DNA from: a virus
Lineage: Duplodnaviria > Caudoviricetes
Reading direction: 5' to 3' (one strand)
IMG/VR virus record: IMGVR_UViG_3300032216_000051
Span: 1-35,431 of that record
DNA: 35,431 nucleotides
Part shown: piece by piece, positions 8,578 through 16,927 of the stretch
How the letters are laid out: every line of letters begins with the position of its first letter
Position numbering within the stretch: position 1 is the first letter of the stretch
Made by a program: the position numbers and the translations under genes
Notes under the pieces: generated by a model
The model's database searches: none
What the model was told of the DNA's origin: nothing
What the model saw: the letters and a program-made list of their open reading frames with translations, nothing else

Positions 8578-10345
8578 CTCCACCGCATTCGAAAACATAG
8601 TCGGTAGAAGCCCAATGTAATTCAATTCCTTGTGCTACTGCGGTCAAATTAATAGACCCTGCAAAGCCAATACCTGTTACTCCTTGCCAAATACGAGTGG
8701 TAATTAGACCGCCACCCCAATTATTAGCATCCCATTTAGCAGAATCCCAAATACCTACAGTTTGAGAACTAGGGTTAAAAGAGATAGCGCCAGTATTATC
8801 AATAGGCTGAAAATCCACGCTTAAACCGCATAAAACGCTTGGTGTGCCACCATCTGATTGAAGTATAGGTCTTACCATTGTGAAGCGTTTATTTTGCCCT
8901 GGGGTATCAAAATAAGAATAAGCCTGTTGCACCGCAGCAGTAATATTTGAACCAGCGTCTGAACTTGCAGTATAGAAATTACCTACAAAACCATCACCAC
9001 CAAAGTGCATTGTATTATCGCCAGAAACTTCCCAACAATAGGCTTGAATACCTGTAAATCTAGCCCATGACTTTGTAATGGTGTGCATGACATATTGTTC
9101 CATTCCGCTACTTGCTGGAATGTTTAATATCAGCATATTTTCACTAGCAAAATACTGTATTTGCCAACCAAAATTTGAAAAGTAATTAGTACAGGCTTGG
9201 CTAATAGGATAGTAAATCTTATCTGTAAGGTTTACACGGGGGTCTAATCGACTAGATTGCAATGCAGAAGCAAGTGGTACTAAACCATCTTGAGTAAGCA
9301 AAAGCAAGTCACCTGACCATTTAAAAAAGCATTTACGATTAAATGTTTGACCTAATTGCCATACACCTTTTAATGCCCAAGTTAAAGCACTTGTGGGGTC
9401 TGTACCGTTATATACGATAGTTTCACCCATTGAAGTAACAAATACTGCATAATCGTCTGCGCCTTGTCCAGCATCTAATGTCCAAGTACCCATTGCTTGC
9501 AAATAACCACCATTACGAGCAATAGAGCCAAAATAAAGGGGATTTGCAGTACCACCAATAGCATTAACATCTAAATACCAGCAAGCTAATGTATCTTTTT
9601 GGGTGAAATACAGGCGGTTTTTAAATAAATTGACATTAATAAATGTATTACTGTTTACGCCAGTTATACCAATAGTGGTGTAAATTCCTACTACAGAAGC
9701 ATTGCCACTAGGGGCTACTGCCATTGTGTAAGTAAAGGTAGTTGTTCCTGTAACTGTTATAACATAAGTACCATTAAATTCTGTAGGCGTAACACCAGAG
9801 ATAGTGACTCTATTATTAGTTACTAAACCATGTGCAGAAGCGGTAGTAACCGTTGCGGTTAAATTGCCTGTGCCACCTCTTGTAATGCTAGAAATAGTTT
9901 GAGCAGTAGTCGTTGTGGCTACAGTAAACCATCTTGTGCCGTCATATATTGTTACAGGGTCAGCGCCATTACAAGCAATTAAATAACTGCCTGAAGTATT
10001 TGTCATATTGACATATTGCAATTTATCACTAGATAAAGATGAAAATACTTGTGTAGCAGATGATGAAGTAGCATCATAAATTCTTGAACTAGCGGCAGCA
10101 AATAGCTTATATCCGCTAGTAGCTGGGTAATTCATTAGGGTATTAACTGCGCCTGTAATGCCTGTAGATGACTTTGTATAGCCCTTACGCATAGTCACAT
10201 CGGTAGGGGTAGGATACCAATTAACCATCTGTACAGCATCAGTTGAAGCCATTTGAGCAAGAGAATCCCTACCATTCCACCCACCAATAGGCGCAGGTAC
10301 TGAAGCGGTCTTAGCTGTGTTTTGTTTAGCTCTTTGTAATAGCAT
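8570..10345 (-). CDS. Tail hub / nozzle protein (P22 gp10 / T7 gp12 analogue) with inserted Thr-rich domain
   Basis: 591 aa, beta-rich; follows the adaptor gene; insertion TVTTASAHGLVTNNRVTISGVTPTEFNGTYVIT. Confidence 0.72.
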   Translation of the reverse strand: MLLQRAKQNTAKTASVPAPIGGWNGRDSLAQMASTDAVQMVNWYPTPTDVTMRKGYTKSSTGITGAVNTLMNYPATSGYKLFAAASSRIYDATSSSATQVFSSLSSDKLQYVNMTNTSGSYLIACNGADPVTIYDGTRWFTVATTTTAQTISSITRGGTGNLTATVTTASAHGLVTNNRVTISGVTPTEFNGTYVITVTGTTTFTYTMAVAPSGNASVVGIYTTIGITGVNSNTFINVNLFKNRLYFTQKDTLACWYLDVNAIGGTANPLYFGSIARNGGYLQAMGTWTLDAGQGADDYAVFVTSMGETIVYNGTDPTSALTWALKGVWQLGQTFNRKCFFKWSGDLLLLTQDGLVPLASALQSSRLDPRVNLTDKIYYPISQACTNYFSNFGWQIQYFASENMLILNIPASSGMEQYVMHTITKSWARFTGIQAYCWEVSGDNTMHFGGDGFVGNFYTASSDAGSNITAAVQQAYSYFDTPGQNKRFTMVRPILQSDGGTPSVLCGLSVDFQPIDNTGAISFNPSSQTVGIWDSAKWDANNWGGGLITTRIWQGVTGIGFAGSINLTAVAQGIELHWASTDYVFECGGVL

Positions 10346-10384
10346 GTTATAATATTCCCATAGTTAAATGACGGGGATTATTAT
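10345..10384 (+). promoter_or_regulatory. Extended -10 promoter plus RBS/start-sequestering inverted repeat for the HNH gene
   Basis: TGtTATAAT at 10345-10353; ATAATATTCCC (10349-59) pairs with GGGATTATTAT (10374-84), one mismatch. Confidence 0.55.
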
Positions 10385-10862
10385 GGAACAATGGAAAGAT
10401 GTAGTTGGTTTTAAAGGTTTGTATGAAGTTTCTAATCATGGAAATGTTCGTGCTTTTAAAAACAAAAGATTTAAAAAAATAAGTGTTGATAAAAAACTTA
10501 ATAGACCTTTTGTAAATCTTTGGAAAGAAAACAAACCACATATAAGAAAGCCACATAAACTTGTTCTTGAAGCATTTGTAAGTATTTGTCCAAAAGGGAT
10601 GGAAGGTTGTCACAACGACGGCAATTCTTTTAATAATCATATAGATAATCTTAGATGGGACACCCATAAAAACAACATACTTGATAAATTTGGACACAAC
10701 ACTAGCAATAGTGGAGAACGATGTAATTGGTCTAAATTGAAACAATTTCAAGTTGAAGCCATTCGTAATGACAATAGACTTCAACGCATTATTGCGGAAG
10801 AATATGGAGTTAAACAAAGTCTTATAAGTCGAATTAAAAGTGGCGTTAGATGGAAACATCAT
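10347..10862 (-). CDS. 171-codon ORF antisense to the HNH gene, bridging adaptor stop to nozzle start
   Basis: Starts in a TAATG overlap with the upstream gene and stops 1 nt before the downstream ATG; product is not recognisably protein-like. Confidence 0.4.
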   Translation of the reverse strand: MMFPSNATFNSTYKTLFNSIFFRNNALKSIVITNGFNLKLFQFRPITSFSTIASVVSKFIKYVVFMGVPSKIIYMIIKRIAVVVTTFHPFWTNTYKCFKNKFMWLSYMWFVFFPKIYKRSIKFFINTYFFKSFVFKSTNISMIRNFIQTFKTNYIFPLFHNNPRHLTMGIL

Positions 10863-10865
10863 TAA
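10383..10865 (+). CDS. NUMOD4-HNH homing endonuclease with C-terminal HTH, antisense to the late operon
   Basis: EQWKDVVGFKGLYEVSNHGNVR (NUMOD4); HKLVLEAF..GCHNDGNSFNNHIDNLRW (HNH); IAEEYGVKQSLISRIKSG (HTH); probable start MEQW behind GGGGA. Confidence 0.92.
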   Translation: MEQWKDVVGFKGLYEVSNHGNVRAFKNKRFKKISVDKKLNRPFVNLWKENKPHIRKPHKLVLEAFVSICPKGMEGCHNDGNSFNNHIDNLRWDTHKNNILDKFGHNTSNSGERCNWSKLKQFQVEAIRNDNRLQRIIAEEYGVKQSLISRIKSGVRWKHH

Positions 10866-11773
10866 GACCCATAGCCAGTATCCGGTATGTTAGCGTAGCC
10901 AATAAGTACTCTACTTGGTTGTGGCGCAAACGATAAATTAGGCGCACCTTTGTCATTGGCTTTAGCAACAGATAAATAACGCTGATAATCTTGCATTAAT
11001 GCAGTTGTATCAAAAGATTTGGTTTGGAAGTATTTAAGTTTAGTAGCTAAAATCATTACACGATTGTCTAAAACCGTGGTATCTGAGTCAGCAGTAAAGC
11101 TATTTTTTACTGTTCCGTCTGCTGCTCTTGCCCAACCTTTTGAACGATATTCCCATCCTAAATACTCTTGAGTATTCATAATAGGCCAAATACAGAATTG
11201 GTTATCTAATATTCTCCAACGAACTCGTGGGCCTGTAGAAATATAACCAGACTTTAACCATTGCCATTGTTGTGCATCTTCAGCGCCCAACATTTCCCAA
11301 TGTTTCGATTTATCCCACATAGTGCGGTTTGTAATCGTTTCAAAGTCATCAGGAAGGTTATAAGCGGTCTGAGCGCAAACTACTGACTGTACGCCATCAC
11401 CGCTTGCCATTTGGCTCATTACAACTACTTTGGTGGTGTTATTGGCGCTAACTACATAGGTATCTTGAGGAATGTTATAACCTGATAATTGCCATTGGCT
11501 TGTAACATTGCTTAAATCTGTGCCAGCCGCAAAAGTCAAGTTATACGAACCATTGACAGTTGTGGCGTTGGCGGTTAAAGATTGAGTGTAAAAGCGGTAT
11601 TGAACCTGCAATGCTTGCCAATCATACTCTTTAAGAAGGTCATATCCTGAGCCATTCATTAAGGCTAGGATTTGTTGAACATCTTGTGAAGTATTGCCTA
11701 CAACAAAAGAAGGCACAGCTAGATTAAGCTCTGCTGCCGTTTGCTGAACCATTTGGAGCATTGTTTGGGACAT
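10862..11773 (-). CDS. Head-tail adaptor / tail tubular protein A analogue with inserted domain
   Basis: Helical N-terminus, YNLPDDF and RWRILDNQFCIWP motifs; upstream of the nozzle. Confidence 0.7.
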   Translation of the reverse strand: MSQTMLQMVQQTAAELNLAVPSFVVGNTSQDVQQILALMNGSGYDLLKEYDWQALQVQYRFYTQSLTANATTVNGSYNLTFAAGTDLSNVTSQWQLSGYNIPQDTYVVSANNTTKVVVMSQMASGDGVQSVVCAQTAYNLPDDFETITNRTMWDKSKHWEMLGAEDAQQWQWLKSGYISTGPRVRWRILDNQFCIWPIMNTQEYLGWEYRSKGWARAADGTVKNSFTADSDTTVLDNRVMILATKLKYFQTKSFDTTALMQDYQRYLSVAKANDKGAPNLSFAPQPSRVLIGYANIPDTGYGS

Positions 11774-11774
11774 A

Positions 11775-12392
11775 TTAAGCCTCGACTACTTTCGGTTTGC
11801 GTGTTTTTGGTTTCGCAACAGTCGCAAGTAGCGCTGAGACCTGCTCTTGCATAGCAGCCAGCTTCGCATCCGTTTCAGCCTTAATTTTAGCATTTTCTTC
11901 ACGAAGTGCTTGCAATTCTGCTTCTCTTTGTGCAACTTCTGCGGAATCATTGGCTAAATTCAAGAAAGCCTTGGCTTTTAGGCGGAAATTATGTGGTGAC
12001 ATTCCTGCTACCATGCCAATTCTTTGTAATTGTTGGTCAGAACAATCAGCAATAGATTCTACTGTTTGAAATTTAAGACCACGCAATTCTTCTGCTTGGC
12101 TGCGGGTAATTTGTGGCCATTGGTCTAAAGGTGTACCAATAATATCTTCATGCCCTGATATTTGGTTTTGATAATGCGCCCATTGACGGGGAAACCGTTG
12201 TTTGTGGGATTCTTGTGCGTAAGTATCAATTTCTGTCAAATTATCGCCAGGAATCATAATCCTTACAAAATCAAATTCTTTAAAAATCGGTCTACCTGCT
12301 TCTTCTGAAGCCATATCTTGCTTCATAGACCGTTTATAGAATTGGACTGCTAATCGTGAATCTGCGCCTTGAATATCGGACTCTATTGCCAT
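11775..12392 (-). CDS. Hypothetical virion-module protein with C-terminal coiled coil
   Basis: 205 aa, GGAG RBS, in operon; function not recognised. Confidence 0.75.
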   Translation of the reverse strand: MAIESDIQGADSRLAVQFYKRSMKQDMASEEAGRPIFKEFDFVRIMIPGDNLTEIDTYAQESHKQRFPRQWAHYQNQISGHEDIIGTPLDQWPQITRSQAEELRGLKFQTVESIADCSDQQLQRIGMVAGMSPHNFRLKAKAFLNLANDSAEVAQREAELQALREENAKIKAETDAKLAAMQEQVSALLATVAKPKTRKPKVVEA

Positions 12393-12423
12393 TTTTAATT
12401 CTCCAAAGTGGTTTGGGGTTTAT

Positions 12424-12459
12424 AAAAAAAGAAAAAGGGCTACCCTTTTGAGATAGCCC
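12424..12459 (-). terminator. Intrinsic terminator after the capsid and decoration genes
   Basis: GGGCTATC-tcaaaag-GGTAGCCC followed by TTTTTCTTTTTTT on the minus strand. Confidence 0.88.
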
Positions 12460-12497
12460 CCGTTTTACTACATATTCAATTTAAGAGGGATAACCTA

Positions 12498-12797
12498 TTA
12501 AACAGAAGCTGCTGAGAACCAACCATAATCACCAGAAGCCATTGCTGCTGTTGGTGACAAGTAAGTACCAGCAGAGCCAGTAGCTACAAAGGTTGATGCG
12601 TTGATAGAACAAGTTGTAGTAGAAGCTGTGATAGCGCCACCAGCAACTGCCCATACATAACGACGACCATCAGATGCAAATGTTTCTGCACCAAGTGGGC
12701 CAAATGTAGGAACAGTACCGCCATTTAAAGCCTGTTCTGCAACGGTTTGTGTATCTACTAAATCTACACCTGAGATAGGGAGAGTGCTATATGCCAT
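12498..12797 (-). CDS. Putative capsid decoration / cement protein
   Basis: 99 aa, small beta-rich protein directly after the capsid gene and before the terminator. Confidence 0.6.
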   Translation of the reverse strand: MAYSTLPISGVDLVDTQTVAEQALNGGTVPTFGPLGAETFASDGRRYVWAVAGGAITASTTTCSINASTFVATGSAGTYLSPTAAMASGDYGWFSAASV

Positions 12798-12829
12798 GAT
12801 ATTTTCCTTAATTAATTAAATAGACAATT

Positions 12830-12850
12830 AAAAGTAGGGGTTTCCCCCTA
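12830..12850 (-). terminator. Hairpin / weak terminator after the major capsid gene
   Basis: TAGGGG-GAAA-CCCCTA then CTTTT. Confidence 0.5.
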
Positions 12851-12854
12851 GCTT

Positions 12855-13829
12855 TTAGGTTGTCAACAAGCCTTGTAGGAAGCTGTTTGAAGTTGTAAGA
12901 TTGCCGGCCCAGCCATATAATTTTACAATCGCGTCCTGATTTATGGACTGACGCTCGCCACCGATAGGTACAAAGTTACGCTCTTTGTGTGGGCGTAAGA
13001 AGATGTAATTGGTGTTAAGCATGTACATATAAGTAGCTGTTTCTTGTGAGCCATAACCACCACCCAATACTACATCGGCAGAAGTACCGCCACCGTAGAA
13101 CTTGAGGGAAGCAAAACCAGCAGCGCCTGATTCTTCAGCAGCAATACGCTGAATAGACTGCAATGCGCCTACATAGTATTGATACATAGTGTTACCAGCA
13201 ACAATCAAGTCAGCTTTGTCTGTGCCACGAATCTGCTTGATAGCAGCAGTAGTCATAGAAGCCAAGATGTTTGCAGAAGTAGCACCTGTAGTGATTTGGT
13301 TCTGCCAGAAAGTCCATACAGCACGGTTAATACCACCGTAAGTACCAGATGAAGGAGAAACTGCAACCGCAGCGCCTAGACCATCCAAGTTCTTACCACC
13401 GTTACCAGTACCGTTACCATACAAGTCACCAGAAATACGGTTTAGCAAACGAGCTTCAGAAACTTGCATACGACCATCTAACAAATCAATGATTGCTTCT
13501 TTGCTTGAGTTTTGCAACATTTCTAAGCCAGACATAGTAACTGCATCAGCGTACTGAGCAATTTTGAACTGAGCAGCAGAAATAGGGCTATCTGGAGCAA
13601 TGTTTAATACTTCGTAACCGCTATAAGAGTTAGCATTATTTGTTGTGCTATCGTCATAAAACAGCTCCTCTAAGATTACATTTCCGCCTGAGAATGGGCG
13701 TACGTTACCTTTTTGATTGAGGCGCTGAAGAATAGCGTTGTTTTGTGTTAAGTTGTCTGCCAATTCACCGCTACGACTTTGAATCGTGGTTGCGATGATA
13801 TCGGTGATTGCTGAGTTAGCAAATGCCAT
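12855..13829 (-). CDS. Major capsid protein
   Basis: 324 aa, after the scaffold gene; TAAGGA RBS; DLYGNGTGNGGKNLDGL motif typical of HK97-fold capsids; codon bias of a highly expressed gene. Confidence 0.88.
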   Translation of the reverse strand: MAFANSAITDIIATTIQSRSGELADNLTQNNAILQRLNQKGNVRPFSGGNVILEELFYDDSTTNNANSYSGYEVLNIAPDSPISAAQFKIAQYADAVTMSGLEMLQNSSKEAIIDLLDGRMQVSEARLLNRISGDLYGNGTGNGGKNLDGLGAAVAVSPSSGTYGGINRAVWTFWQNQITTGATSANILASMTTAAIKQIRGTDKADLIVAGNTMYQYYVGALQSIQRIAAEESGAAGFASLKFYGGGTSADVVLGGGYGSQETATYMYMLNTNYIFLRPHKERNFVPIGGERQSINQDAIVKLYGWAGNLTTSNSFLQGLLTT

Positions 13830-13867
13830 GATATATCCTTAGTTAAAAAATTGCCAAAATTGGCTAG

Positions 13868-14899
13868 TTAAACCCTGCGACTCATTGCTTCGCCTAATCC
13901 TTCGGCTATTAATGACCGCCTATCCTTTTTATCTTCTGGGTTACTCACTTTTCCACTAGGTGTAGTGGACTTTGGACTAACCGCAGTAGCCTTAGCCTTC
14001 GCTACTTGCTGTGCTTTGACTGCCGATTGTTTAGCATCTTTCAAGAGTTTATCTTGTTCTAATGCCCATACATCGTCATTCATACGCACGGCTTTCTTGT
14101 AGGCCGTTTCTAGGTCTTGGGCTTTTCCTAACTCAAGTAATTGAGCCATTTCTTCCCTTAACACATCAAAATGAGGGTATTTCTCCACATCACTTCGTAC
14201 TCTTTCAATTTCACCCATTAAGCGTTGATTTTCCTCTTGGGCAAATCGACCTTTAATGCTTGAAACTTCCTGATTTACCTGATTTAACTGGTTCATCAGT
14301 TGTTGCGTGTAGGGGTCAAGTTGTGTTACTTGTCCGCCATTTAATTGTATACCATAATCTGACGCAAGTTTTTGAAATACTTGAACTTTTTGGTCATATC
14401 CCGCATTAGACAAAATTTGCTCTGCTCGGACTAGGTTTTCAATGTATTGCGTAGGTTGTATGCCTCTGCGTTGCAAATCTTGAGCGTAGGGTGCAATAGC
14501 GTTCTCATAAGACTTAGCTCTATCAGCTTCTGCTTTATAAGTACTTACGCCTTTTTTATACTCTGATTCACGCTGATTAGCATATTCGGCAAACTTAGTA
14601 AAATCTTCTTTACTGATTTGTTCGCCAGCTTCCATTTTGTCCCAAATTTGGACATATTCTTTTTTCCAAGTGGATGGGCGAGTTATCTTCTCCTGCGTTT
14701 CATTCGACTCCTCAGATTTAGCAGCTTGAACATCCTCGGTAGGTTCTTCTCTGTTCTCATCGCTAATTTGCGTTTCAACGGACTCCTCGGATATATCTTC
14801 TGTGCTAATCTCCTCATCTTCCACGGGTTCTTCATAATTTTCCTCTGCTGCATCTAAAGCAGCTTCTAACATATCTCTACGGTCTAATTGTTCTTCCAT
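13868..14899 (-). CDS. Capsid scaffolding protein
   Basis: Very acidic N-terminus, coiled coils, DLETAYKKAV motif; directly upstream of the capsid gene. Confidence 0.82.
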   Translation of the reverse strand: MEEQLDRRDMLEAALDAAEENYEEPVEDEEISTEDISEESVETQISDENREEPTEDVQAAKSEESNETQEKITRPSTWKKEYVQIWDKMEAGEQISKEDFTKFAEYANQRESEYKKGVSTYKAEADRAKSYENAIAPYAQDLQRRGIQPTQYIENLVRAEQILSNAGYDQKVQVFQKLASDYGIQLNGGQVTQLDPYTQQLMNQLNQVNQEVSSIKGRFAQEENQRLMGEIERVRSDVEKYPHFDVLREEMAQLLELGKAQDLETAYKKAVRMNDDVWALEQDKLLKDAKQSAVKAQQVAKAKATAVSPKSTTPSGKVSNPEDKKDRRSLIAEGLGEAMSRRV

Positions 14900-14902
14900 G
14901 AT

Positions 14903-15283
14903 TTATCCTTGGTAATTAAGTTTTGCGTATGCCAATTCTGCAATCTGGCGCTTTCTTGCTTCTTGTGATTTCCTACTCATTTCTGGCGCTTTTTGTTGCA
15001 AAGGTACATCGTTGCCTAATTCAACACAATGATTGCGTTTTAGGTTTTCTCGGTGCTTAGAGCGACTATCAATCCAAGTGCCATCAGCCATTGAAATATG
15101 CCCTTCAATGTCAGAAATAACAGTAGGGGCTTCTCTAAATGTCATTTCTTGCTTTTCTTTCCAGGCTGCTTCAGCTTCTGGACTACCAAGGCTATATCCC
15201 CAAAAATCAAGATAAAATTCTTTATCAGACTTTTTAATTTCAATATGGTTACCTTCTGACCATCCGCATTTAGGGCAAATCAT
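14903..15283 (-). CDS. Hypothetical protein with N-terminal CxxC
   Basis: MICPKCG; SRSKHRENLKRNHCVELGND; TAATG-coupled to the glycosyltransferase. Confidence 0.7.
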   Translation of the reverse strand: MICPKCGWSEGNHIEIKKSDKEFYLDFWGYSLGSPEAEAAWKEKQEMTFREAPTVISDIEGHISMADGTWIDSRSKHRENLKRNHCVELGNDVPLQQKAPEMSRKSQEARKRQIAELAYAKLNYQG

Positions 15284-16194
15284 TACATTCTCCTTATCAA
15301 ATCGGGTATTTTGTGCAATTCATCTTCTTCAACAGTAACAATAGAGTCATACCAAGTGCCATGTTTCCATCGCCAGCATTTAAACTCTTTTTTAGGCATG
15401 ATTACAATGGTTTTAACGCCCAAAGCGCCTGCTAGATGGGCTATGCCTGTATCTACTGTTACTAAGCCTTTACAGGCTTTTAAATGGCTTGCAGTCTTAT
15501 TCCAATCTTGTTTCCAGCCATCATTAGGTAATGGATTCCAAAATCTATCTTCTTCGGGGCAAAATGAATAAGCATCAGGGCCAACAATTTCAAGCATTTT
15601 TTCAGGATGAACAGTCCTTATGTAATGCAATAAACCTTTGGAAGTTGTCCAATTAACACCTAGTTTCTTTGGAATATTGCTGGCAATAGTGTCTAAATAA
15701 CCTTCTGACCCTACAATTTTCTTTTTGTTGCATGGAAACAACGCTTTTGCGTATGCTGGTGCTAGGCTAATGTAATAAGGCAAAGAAATAATGCCAATCC
15801 AGTAATCTGATTCGGTAGCAATGCCTTCTTCTGGCATATTGGTAAAGGTATCAATACACTCCATTTGCCCAAATAAGGTATGCAATGAACCATGTTGTAA
15901 AAGTACAACACTTTTAGCGCCCATGACCTTTAAAAATGGCAAAAAGCGAGCATATTGAATAATGTCACCAAAACCTTGTTCTGCTTGAACAGTAATGGTT
16001 TTTCCCAATAGGCTTTCACCTCTCCATACAGGCATTTTTAAACGCTGATGATAGGGTTGTGCTTGATTGGCAATGATTTCAGGATGCCATCTATATTCAA
16101 ATAACCTAAATCCAGCGTCTAAACGGCCAGCATGGAGGTGTTCGTAGGCTTTTTTATATTCCGTGTGCGGATTTAAAGTAAGAGTGCTAATAAT
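15283..16194 (-). CDS. GT9 (ADP-heptose:LPS heptosyltransferase)-like glycosyltransferase; start uncertain (first ATG at 16035, frame open to 16200)
   Basis: WRGESLLGKTITVQAEQGFGDIIQYARF and LVTVDTGIAHLAGALG motifs; upstream in-frame LHAGRLDAGFRLFEYRW resembles the family motif preceding this domain. Confidence 0.8.
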   Translation of the reverse strand: MISTLTLNPHTEYKKAYEHLHAGRLDAGFRLFEYRWHPEIIANQAQPYHQRLKMPVWRGESLLGKTITVQAEQGFGDIIQYARFLPFLKVMGAKSVVLLQHGSLHTLFGQMECIDTFTNMPEEGIATESDYWIGIISLPYYISLAPAYAKALFPCNKKKIVGSEGYLDTIASNIPKKLGVNWTTSKGLLHYIRTVHPEKMLEIVGPDAYSFCPEEDRFWNPLPNDGWKQDWNKTASHLKACKGLVTVDTGIAHLAGALGVKTIVIMPKKEFKCWRWKHGTWYDSIVTVEEDELHKIPDLIRRM

Positions 16195-16649
16195 GCTTCC
16201 TCATCGTCTAATTCTGCTTGTCGTTTGGCTTCGAGGACTGCTAACTCTTGTTCTAATCTGAGTTTTGCACTTCTCATTGCTACTGCGGTTTGCAGGTCTT
16301 GTTGCTGTTTAACAAGATTAGCGATGTATCGGTCAATATTTGCTAGGTTTGACGGTATATCAACGCTAACTTCTTGATTGGATTGTACTTTAGTTTGTTT
16401 CTTTTTTGCAACAGGTTTAGGGTCAACTAAATCTGCAATGGTTTTTTTGCGATTATCTGCGTCAGTTTTTAACGCTTCAATACGCTTTTCTTCAGCAATT
16501 CTTAATTTCTTTTGAAGTGCTTTATATCGCTTTCTTTCCTCTGGACTCCATGCGTCATCACCACCTGTTTTAGTGGGCGGAACAGGGGTAATAACAATTT
16601 GAAATGCGTTATTTTGAAACGCATTAGGCTGAAAAGCAGTTTGAAACAT
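16173..16649 (-). CDS. Hypothetical coiled-coil protein with N-terminal AFQxN repeats and DDEEALLALLL tail
   Basis: 158 aa, TAATG-coupled to the upstream gene. Confidence 0.75.
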   Translation of the reverse strand: MFQTAFQPNAFQNNAFQIVITPVPPTKTGGDDAWSPEERKRYKALQKKLRIAEEKRIEALKTDADNRKKTIADLVDPKPVAKKKQTKVQSNQEVSVDIPSNLANIDRYIANLVKQQQDLQTAVAMRSAKLRLEQELAVLEAKRQAELDDEEALLALLL

Positions 16650-16915
16650 TAAGCGTCTACTGCACCTTGATAATCAGCCATAGTCTTTAATACTTCATAG
16701 ATAGCTGGAATCAAATCGCCTTTTAAATCTTCCATAGCAATGTAATGAGCATTTTCTTTAACTGTACTCATATTTTGATGTCTTGCATCTTCATTAAAGT
16801 AAATAGCTACTTGGACTTGTAATTGGTCTTTAGTGCCATAAAAGTTAGTAATTTTGGCATAGGCTTCTTCTGCTGGTACACCAAATTGAGTTGCTACTGA
16901 TAATTTTAATGCCAT
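16649..16915 (-). CDS. Small fibre-associated protein (possible chaperone)
   Basis: 88 aa immediately after the long fibre; AAGGAAA RBS. Confidence 0.6.
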   Translation of the reverse strand: MALKLSVATQFGVPAEEAYAKITNFYGTKDQLQVQVAIYFNEDARHQNMSTVKENAHYIAMEDLKGDLIPAIYEVLKTMADYQGAVDA

Positions 16916-16927
16916 GATTTTTCCTTT

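Noticed and set aside
16170-16178. Classical -1 slippery heptamer T TTA AAT at the GT junction
   Set aside because: The heptamer is phased to the downstream frame, not the incoming frame, so standard tandem slippage does not apply
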